DNA from: Octopus bimaculoides
Taxonomy: Eukaryota
Direction of reading: 5' to 3'
Assembly: GCF_001194135.2 (NCBI RefSeq)
Contig: NC_068985.1
Coordinates: forward strand, 41,226,144-41,267,545
Length of the DNA: 41,402 bases
Shown here: positions 33,317 to 41,402 of the stretch, piece after piece
How positions within the stretch are numbered: position 1 is the first letter of the stretch
Layout of the letters: the number at the start of each line of letters is the position of its first letter
Position numbers and translations under genes: made by a program
Notes under the pieces: generated by a model
Told to the model about the DNA's origin: nothing
The model's database searches: none
What the model saw: the letters and a program-made list of their open reading frames with translations, nothing else

Positions 33317-34043
33317 GAGACATATATATTATATATATATACATATATGTATATATGTATATATATATATANNNNNNNNNNNNNNNNNNNNNNNNNNNNN
33401 NNNNNNNNNNNNNNNNNNNNNNNNNNNNNNNNNNNNNNNNNNNNNNNNNNNNNNNNNNNNNNNNNNNNNNNNNNNNNNNNNNNNNNNNNNNNNNNNNNNN
33501 NNNNNNNNNNNNNNNNNNNNNNNNNNNNNNNNNNNNNNNNNNNNNNNNNNNNNNNNNNNNNNNNNNNNNNNNNNNNNNNNNNNNNNNNNNNNNNNNNNNN
33601 NNNNNNNNNNNNNNNNNNNNNNNNNNNNNNNNNNNNNNNNNNNNNNNNNNNNNNNNNNNNNNNNNNNNNNNNNNNNNNNNNNNNNNNNNNNNNNNNNNNN
33701 NNNNNNNNNNNNNNNNNNNNNNNNNNNNNNNNNNNNNNNNNNNNNNNNNNNNNNNNNNNNNNNNNNNNNNNNNNNNNNNNNNNNNNNNNNNNNNNNNNNN
33801 NNNNNNNNNNNNNNNNNNNNNNNNNNNNNNNNNNNNNNNNNNNNNNNNNNNNNNNNNNNNNNNNNNNNNNNNNNNNNNNNNNNNNNNNNNNNNNNNNNNN
33901 NNNNNNNNNNNNNNNNNNNNNNNNNNNNNNNNNNNNNNNNNNNNNNNNNNNNNNNNNNNNNNNNNNNNNNNNNNNNNNNNNNNNNNNNNNNNNTCCGATT
34001 TATATATATATATATATTATATGCATGTGTGTGCGTACGTGCT

Positions 34044-34081
<38 letters not shown>

Positions 34082-34601
34082 TGTAAGTGCGCGCGCACGC
34101 GTTTATGTGTGTTGTATACAAACATACAGGAATACATATCTGATGTAGCGGAATGTGCACATGTCAGCTATAAAAGATTTCATAGAGAATTTATGACAGA
34201 ACATCTGAAATATTAGCCCTTTGTGTAACTGACGCCCAATCTCTCAATAATGTTTGTACATAGAGTTTTAGAAATAGAACATCATAGTGATATCATGAAT
34301 TCAGGGATGGTGATAAAAATTCAACGCAAGAATATACATACATATATATATTTATTTTAGATCTAAAAATACTTCTGGTTGAAAAATAAGATGTTGGACT
34401 AACAAGAGAATACTGGCTGATTCTGCCGAGTTCTGTTATATTCAGCTACGATTGAGGATTTTCCAACGGTACACGGCAGGGTTTATCTAGGTGTGCTACC
34501 GATTTAACAAAAAATGAGCACAATTTAAGGCTTTAGAAAATTTATACTAAATGTGTTATAATTTTGTAACTTTGTAATCAAAGAACATAAAGCAATAGTT
34601 T

Positions 34602-34653
<52 letters not shown>

Positions 34654-35389
34654 GCACACACATATACATACACAAATATTAACTAATACANNNNNNNNNN
34701 ACACATATACATACACAAATATTAACTAATACAGGTATGTCAATCATCATAAAAGACAAATTCTTGATCTATTCAAATTAACTTTTCCACGAGAGAAATG
34801 ACTTGTAGACCAACACCATATGAGAGGGGAAGATTACATCAAAAATTTTCAGAAAGTGATATGCTACGCCATTAAGAAAAAGACACGTGTACAGCTTTGG
34901 AAACGTGTTTCTGCATCAATAAACGTCATCAGCACAGCAGTTTCCCCATTTACTTTTCGTGTTTTTATTCCTTCGTGGATAGAAAAAAAAAAAGGATCAC
35001 TGTAGCTAATTTCTAGTCTTGTGAGTCTTTTATCAGAGAAGGAATACCTACCTTCTATTCACAAAGAATTTATTAGCTTATGGCTATACAGAGACACTGA
35101 AATTAGTCCATTGAAATATGCATGCGTTGAGTAGTTTACTACTCCTCATTATCGGATAATTTGAAATGTAAGGTATGTGTTTTTAATAGACATGCAGTTT
35201 AGATTCTCAATGAAGGTGAATTATTATTTAATGATTAAATTGATTAAAATAATCCAAACAAACACTGGACAACGTATATTTTCGTGCACTATACTGTTAT
35301 CGCTTAGTACCAGTGCAGTTTTTATAGGCGAATTCACCAAAAGTCGTTGTTTTAAAGTAATATGAGTAATATGCATAAAGTAAAGCATT

Positions 35390-35480
35390 GTGGGTGTAGA
35401 CATGGCTGTGTAGTTAAGAAATTCGCTTCGCAGTCACATGGTTCCAATCCAGTCGGATTCCACTACGTAACACTTTAATC
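35390..35480 (+). mobile_element. Old SINE family A head
   Basis: CATGGCTGTGTAGTTAAGAAATTCGCTTCGCAGTCACATGGTTCC. Confidence 0.5.
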
Positions 35481-35578
35481 CTTTACCTATCCAAAACATT
35501 TTCATAAGCTAGCTCTAACCGTACATATTTGTTTTCAGACTTTTAATTCGCCTTGTTTCATACGTTCTGAGTAACATA

Positions 35579-35795
35579 CGAGGGGGTGCTGAAACGTTCC
35601 TGACTTTGGTTAAAAGAAAATACAGGAAGATCAGTTAATTATGATTTTACTCAACATATTCCCCTCTCAGATTCACACACTTATTGTAGCGGTCCTTCAG
35701 TTTTTCTAAACACTGTAAAAGAACTCGGAAAGTTGGGACGCCAGCCAGGCCTTCAGCGATACCCTTAAAGCCAGGAAGTTTTCAGCATCCCTTCG
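35579..35795 (-). mobile_element. Non-autonomous mariner element (internal deletion derivative)
   Basis: TA flanks on both sides; imperfect 29-bp TIRs CGAGGGGGTGCTGAAACGTTCCTGACTTT / AAAGCCAGGAAGTTTTCAGCATCCCTTCG; the minus frame encodes a mariner C-terminus, LEKLKDRYNKCVNLRGEYVE*. Confidence 0.9.
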
Positions 35796-36121
35796 TATAG
35801 CTTTCCTTTCACGAGTCCTGAGATACTTCGGTGGGTGAAAGAAAAAATTAGGAATGAGTATCATATAAAATGCATGAACCCCAAAGCAATATGTCCCACT
35901 GTATCAAAGGGCCGAGGGAATATCTGCTATCATAAATTTGAGTTTTCTTAAATCTATTGATAGAAATTGGGCGGACGGAAACAGTACGGAAGCCTATCTG
36001 AAGGAATGTTCCAGGTGAGTTGTGGATTCTTCTCCTTTTCTTTACCAATCAAGGAAGTACCTCACAGAAACGTGAAAACAGTTCCTTCTGCTTCAACACT
36101 AGAAGTACTAACATTTCTTAC

Positions 36122-36372
36122 TTCCTACAAGTACCATAGCGGTCATTTTTGACTGGCATTGAAAATCTTTATTTAATAGAATTTATTTTAAATATAAGTT
36201 AATCCCGTGAATAAAGGATATGAAAATACAGTCTTTTAGCATTTATTTGCGTACAAAAAATATATATACACACATATATAAAATGATGCTCATGATTGCA
36301 CATGCAATAGAGTCGTAGAAATTACAAAGTAAAAAGCAAAAGGTCATAAATGACCGCTCGGTACTTATAGAG
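36122..36372. mobile_element. piggyBac-like MITE
   Basis: Imperfect TIRs AAGTACCATAGCGGTCATTTTTGAC / GTCATAAATGACCGCTCGGTACTT; TTAA at the right end (36373-36376) and degenerate TTAC at the left. Confidence 0.55.
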
Positions 36373-36405
36373 TTAATTCGTCAAAAAATATCAAAGAACA
36401 AGAAT

Positions 36406-36572
36406 TCATCTTTTACTTGTTGGACTGCGGTCATGCTGGAGCATCACCTTGAACGGTTTAGTCGAACAAATCGACTCCAGTATGTATCTTTTAAGTTTGG
36501 TACTTATTCTTTCGATCTCTTTTGTCGAACTGCTAGTGTTACGGTAACGCAAACAAAGCAACACCGGTTGTC
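36406..36572 (-). mobile_element. SINE family A, 3' half
   Basis: CTTTTACTTGTT..GACTGCGGTCATGCTGGAGCA...GGTACTTATTC...GACAACCGG (reverse). Confidence 0.8.
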
Positions 36573-36814
36573 TCTCCAGTCCGGATGTACAATAATTTTC
36601 GTCAACTAAGTTTTCAATATAAAAATTTCTGCTAGTTTCTTTTATTTTTTTATTGTGTTTTGAAACTATACGGTAGAGAACCACACGTTCACTTTCCAGG
36701 TTCCTTGAATGTAATTGTGGACCCGGGTTTTATTTTTCATTGGATTAGTTAAACAATACACTTAAATAAAAAATAAAAAATAAAAAAAGCGGAAAAAGAA
36801 AGGTAGTATTTCTA

Positions 36815-36975
36815 ACATAGGCACAATGTCTTATATTCTGGGGTCGGGGTACTGTTGGTTACATAGGCTGCAGTCGATAAATCGACTTCAAAACAACGAT
36901 GGCCTCGCTGGAATGCGAACTCAGAATATAAAGAGCCATAATCAAAAACTGCAAAGTTCTAACGATTCAGCTAAT
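36815..36975 (-). mobile_element. Old SINE family B
   Basis: GGCACAA...GGCCTCGCTGGAATGCGAACTCAGAATATAAAG...CTAACGATTC. Confidence 0.5.
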
Positions 36976-37351
36976 CCTAAAATTTGTTTTGAAAACGAGG
37001 CGTGTCATACTATAAACGGCAATGTATGGAAGGAAAAAAGTAATAAAAAGCAAAACAATATCAACAACAAAAAAACTGTTAGGAAAATACACTGCTGAAT
37101 GACAAACGTTGAGAAACAAGAGAGGGACAAAGGACAAGGTTGAAATATCTATAAAGACGTAAAAGAGAAATAACATAACAGATGAAGACATAGAACCAGT
37201 TAGCTGTGACCTTGCTGTGTAATTATGAACTTGGTGCGATCCTTGTTAGGGTGTGTCATAAATTAGATGTGTTTGCAACAACTTCATTGGGTTAAGTTCA
37301 TTGGCACCACTGTGTTGTTTTGACAAACAGATGCTTGAAATAATGTTTATA

Positions 37352-37430
<79 letters not shown>

Positions 37431-37786
37431 CGTGAATGTGTGTGTGAGTGAGTGTGTACGTGCGTGCGTACGTGCGCGCGTATACATATATGTGGCATGA
37501 ATTTCAACAACGCAGTCGAATAAAGTCACATTTAAATGCCGTACATGGTAAAATTTTTGATTAATTGAAATTATCTTTGATTCCAGAGAAAGAAAGCGAA
37601 TCAATTTCCTGAATGGAAATTGGAACCGATCCCATATGAAAACGGAGACAAAATCTCAAGAATGAAGAATTCCCTGGAACTGACAAGGCATCACAGTCTG
37701 ATTGTTTGGAGCCAAACAGGCAGCTGTGGAAACGTGTTCTTGACTCAGTAGTCATTATTAATATACCAGTTACCCTACCTTGAATC

Positions 37787-37946
37787 CAGGTGTGGCTGTG
37801 TGGTAAGAAGTTTGCTTCCCAACAGCATGGTTCCGTGTTCAATCCAATTGCATGGCACCTCGGACAAGTGACTGCTACTGTAGCCTCAGGCTGATCAAAG
37901 CCTTGTGAGTGGATTTGGTAGACGGAAACTGAAAGAAGCCCGTCGT
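37787..37946 (+). mobile_element. SINE family A, 5' half
   Basis: Near-identical to 17931-18090; followed by (TA)n. Confidence 0.9.
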
Positions 37947-37966
37947 GTATATATATATATATATAC

Positions 37967-38269
37967 ATTTGCGACTACATCACCCCTAACTCCCCAGACT
38001 GCAACTTCCTTGATTATTATGTGTGGGTCTTAGTTGAGCGAGAGACCAACAAAACTCCTCGTAACACTAAAGATGAACTGAAGGCAAGGATTATGGCAGC
38101 ATTCACCAACTTAAACAGGGAGGCCGTCCAGAAGAGTTGCAGGAGATTCCGAAGTCGTCTGGAGGCCTTGGTTGAAGCCAGTGGCGATTTTATTGAGTAA
38201 ATTTACTCAATATTTCAAGATATTTTAATGAAATTTTGGTAAATATATCTGTTAAAATGAGATGTCAGT
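37967..38269 (+). mobile_element. Tc1/mariner (maT/DD37D-like) transposase 3' fragment
   Basis: 37967-38200 reads ICDYITPNSPDCNFLDYYVWVLVERETNKTPRNTKDELKARIMAAFTNLNREAVQKSCRRFRSRLEALVEASGDFIE*, carrying the SPD.N.LDY.VW motif. Confidence 0.85.
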
Positions 38270-38645
38270 NNNNNNNNNNNNNNNNNNNNNNNNNNNNNNN
38301 NNNNNNNNNNNNNNNNNNNNNNNNNNNNNNNNNNNNNNNNNNNNNNNNNNNNNNNNNNNNNNNNNNNNNNNNNNNNNNNNNNNNNNNNNNNNNNNNNNNN
38401 NNNNNNNNNNNNNNNNNNNNNNNNNNNNNNNNNNNNNNNNNNNNNNNNNNNNNNNNNNNNNNNNNNNNNNNNNNNNNNNNNNNNNNNNNNNNNNNNNNNN
38501 NNNNNNNNNNNNNNNNNNNNNNNNNNNNNNNNNNNNNNNNNNNNNNNNNNNNNNNNNNNNNNNNNNNNNNNNNNNNNNNNNNNNNNNNNNNNNNNNNNNN
38601 NNNNNNNNNNNNNNNNNNNNNNNNNNNNNNNNNNNNNNNNNNNNN

Positions 38646-38793
<148 letters not shown>

Positions 38794-38885
38794 GTACCAG
38801 TCCATTCATTCGACAAAAATTCTTCAAGGCGGTGCCCCAGCATGGCCGCAATGTAATGACTGAAACAAATAAAAGATAAAAAGAC
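38794..38885 (+). mobile_element. SINE family A / partner LINE tail
   Basis: CTTCAAGGCGGTGCCCCAGCATGGCCGCAATGTAATGACTGAAACAAATAAAAGATAAA. Confidence 0.8.
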
Positions 38886-39204
38886 AAAAAAGATTAAAGA
38901 TATATTCGTCTTTGTTGTTCAAATTCACGCTACTTGTCTGCAAATAATCGAACTGCCTTTTCTTTAATGGTTCCTCAATTAAGGGAATTATTGATTTTTG
39001 AGATTATCTTGGCTTTTCATTCGGTGTCGGTCGTAATTGGTACCAGGCGATTAAATTTTTGAAAATAAAATGTATTGTATGCTATTAATTAAACTTCTAT
39101 TATTTTTTTGGTTGTTTAAATTCATGCCAGTGGCCACTCTGAGTTTTTTTTTCTTCTCTGAGCCCATTTTAATTTTAATTATGCAAATTACTGTAGGGTA
39201 TAAA

Positions 39205-39206
39205 TA

Positions 39207-39260
<54 letters not shown>

Positions 39261-39967
39261 GTCTGTCTATTCAGAGAATATCTATACAAACAGGCAATGC
39301 ACGAATGTATGTATTTATGTATGTGTATATATATATATANNNNNNNNNNNNNNNNNNNNNNNNNNNNNNNNNNNNNNNNNNNNNNNNNNNNNNNNNNNNN
39401 NNNNNNNNNNNNNNNNNNNNNNNNNNNNNNNNNNNNNNNNNNNNNNNNNNNNNNNNNNNNNNNNNNNNNNNNNNNNNNNNNNNNNNNNNNNNNNNNNNNN
39501 NNNNNNNNNNNNNNNNNNNNNNNNNNNNNNNNNNNNNNNNNNNNNNNNNNNNNNNNNNNNNNNNNNNNNNNNNNNNNNNNNNNNNNNNNNNNNNNNNNNN
39601 NNNNNNNNNNNNNNNNNNNNNNNNNNNNNNNNNNNNNNNNNNNNNNNNNNNNNNNNNNNNNNNNNNNNNNNNNNNNNNNNNNNNNNNNNNNNNNNNNNNN
39701 NNNNNNNNNNNNNNNNNNNNNNNNNNNNNNNNNNNNNNNNNNNNNNNNNNNNNNNNNNNNNNNNNNNNNNNNNNNNNNNNNNNNNNNNNNNNNNNNNNNN
39801 NNNNNNNNNNNNNNNNNNNNNNNNNNNNNNNNNNNNNNNNNNNNNNNNNNNNNNNNNNNNNNNNNNNNCTATCTATCTATCTATCTGTCTGTCTATTCAG
39901 AGAATATCTATACAAACAGGCAATGCACGAATGTATGTATTTATGTATGTGTATATATATATATATA
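39205..39967. other. Assembly artefact: same ~95 bp on both sides of an N gap
   Basis: CTATCTGTCTGTCTATTCAGAGAATATCTATACAAACAGGCAATGCACGAATG... appears before and after the gap. The same pattern occurs at 700-830 and 34658-34723. Confidence 0.8.
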
Positions 39968-40325
39968 GGTAGGTAGGTAGGTAGATAAATAAATATATAT
40001 GTAGGTAGATAGATACAAAACTACATGTGTACGTGAAGAGAGAGAGAGGGGGGAAAGAGGGAGGGAGGAAGGGATGAAAGACAGAGCTGAGCAAATAAGT
40101 AACGCACACTAATCAGTCTTCTGTACTTACACATGCGCGCGCACACACATACACGCGCGCATTCACAGATATTGAAAACACGACTATGTTCTAATTAAAT
40201 CTTTTTTTTTATTACTGAAGTTTACTTATATCTGCGTATCAGAACTTTCTGGTTCACTAGGAGCAAGAAAAGTTCGCAAATTCACCTTTATCAACGCTTC
40301 TAGACTCTCTCGGTCTTATCTTCAG

Positions 40326-40485
40326 GATTTAGAGTGGTTTTGGCCTCTATATTGCCCTTTATATTGTGGGTGGCTTATGTTTATGCAGACTTTTACCGCC
40401 AGAATTTGACCGTTTATGAATTAAGGTCCTACGTTATCGGATTTGCATTTGTCATGTTGTCTGTTAATTGTAGTCTTGTGTTGCG
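40326..40485 (+). CDS. Candidate internal exon of a multi-pass membrane protein (unidentified)
   Basis: Acceptor TCTTATCTTCAG|G; open frame FRVVLASILPFILWVAYVYADFYRQNLTVYELRSYVIGFAFVMLSVNCSLVLR (two hydrophobic segments, N-L-T sequon in the loop); weak donor GCG|GTATTA. Confidence 0.35.
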
Positions 40486-40494
40486 GTATTAGTA

Positions 40495-41160
40495 TTGCTC
40501 CATCTACACACGAACAATCTATCCAGTTCATATCTACACACCCTATCTCTACAGTCAAGATTTACACACTTTTATCTATCCAGTCAACACACTTTTATGT
40601 TTCCAGTCAATACTTCTACAATCTACATTTCTAACTAGTGTCTACATACTGTCAATATTTACATAATCTTTATCTACCTGGTAAACGTCTACACACATTG
40701 ACTATCTGCCTGGTCAACATCTACGCGTGTTTTCTATCTGTCGAGTCAAAATCCAGGCACTGTCAATCCGGTCAGCATCTGCTCACTGACAGGTTTATCT
40801 AGTCAACGTCTACACACTCTCTATCTTATCAACATATGCACCTATCTATTTCTCCAGTCAATATCTATTTACTATCTAAGGCGGCGAGTTGGTAGAATCA
40901 TTCCTGCGCCGGGCAAAATGCTTAGCAGCATTTCGTCTATCTTTATGTTCTGAGTTCAAATTCCACCGAGGTCGACTTTGCCTTTTATCCTTTCGGTGTC
41001 GATAAAATAAATGCCATTTAAACACTGGGGTCCGAGTAATCGACCTACTCCCTCCCTCCAAAATTGCTGGCCTTGTGCCAAAATTTGAAACCAGTGCTTA
41101 TATATTATCTGCTTATCCAGTCTACAACTGCACACTGTTTATATCCGGTCAATATCTACA
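40495..41160. repeat. Degenerate ~30-bp minisatellite split by a SINE B insertion
   Basis: TATCCAGTCAACATCTACACAC-like units at 40495-40878 resume at 41093-41160. Confidence 0.7.
40880..41092 (+). mobile_element. SINE family B, complete reference copy
   Basis: GGCGGCGAGTTGGTAGAATC...GAGTTCAAATTCCACCGAGGTCGACTTTGCCTTTTATCCTTTCGG...GCTGGCCTTGTGCCAAAATTTGAAACC. Confidence 0.92.
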
Positions 41161-41165
41161 CACGC

Positions 41166-41202
<37 letters not shown>

Positions 41203-41402
41203 CTCTCTCTCTCTCTCACACACACACGCATTCTTTCTGCCTCTACTTCATATCTAGTCATTTTGCATATTTTATTTACTTAGCAGTGATCTGTTCATTT
41301 TATAATATAAAAAATAAAATAAGATACCATCACCAACAATAAAAGATGAAAAAAACAACAACAACAATAATACATGATAGAATAGAACAACTTAATAGAA
41401 TG

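Noticed and set aside
37587-37751. Possible exon RKKANQFPEWKLEPIPYENGDK...
   Set aside because: Plausible acceptor but no credible donor before the stop, and no homology recognised.

Overview
Eukaryotic, AT-rich, gap-riddled draft-assembly DNA (many N blocks) dominated by microsatellites and interspersed repeats. No intact gene, rRNA, complete tRNA or CRISPR array is supported. Nearly all ORFs in the supplied track are translations of microsatellites, N gaps or SINEs. The repeat families look like those of an octopus/coleoid cephalopod genome (inference from recognition, not verified). Supported content (family letters are my own labels): about 16 copies of tRNA-headed SINE A, which carries an internal microsatellite; about 9 copies of SINE B; other SINE-like families C and D; two 5'-truncated R4/Dong-like (RLE) retrotransposons, each sitting in a (TATG)n tract; a decayed R4-like N-terminal ORF after (TAA)n arrays; a CR1-group LINE 3' end sharing its tail with SINE A; Tc1/mariner, hAT and piggyBac-like DNA-transposon remnants; a 3'-half tRNA-Glu; and Penelope-like terminal-repeat fragments with hammerhead-ribozyme motifs. 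One of these hammerheads (5711-5756) has an intact minimal type I core inside an inverted repeat. The most interesting signal is a nested parasite network in which SINE-borne microsatellites appear to act as landing pads for other elements. One plausible host exon (40326-40485, two TM-like segments) is unconfirmed.
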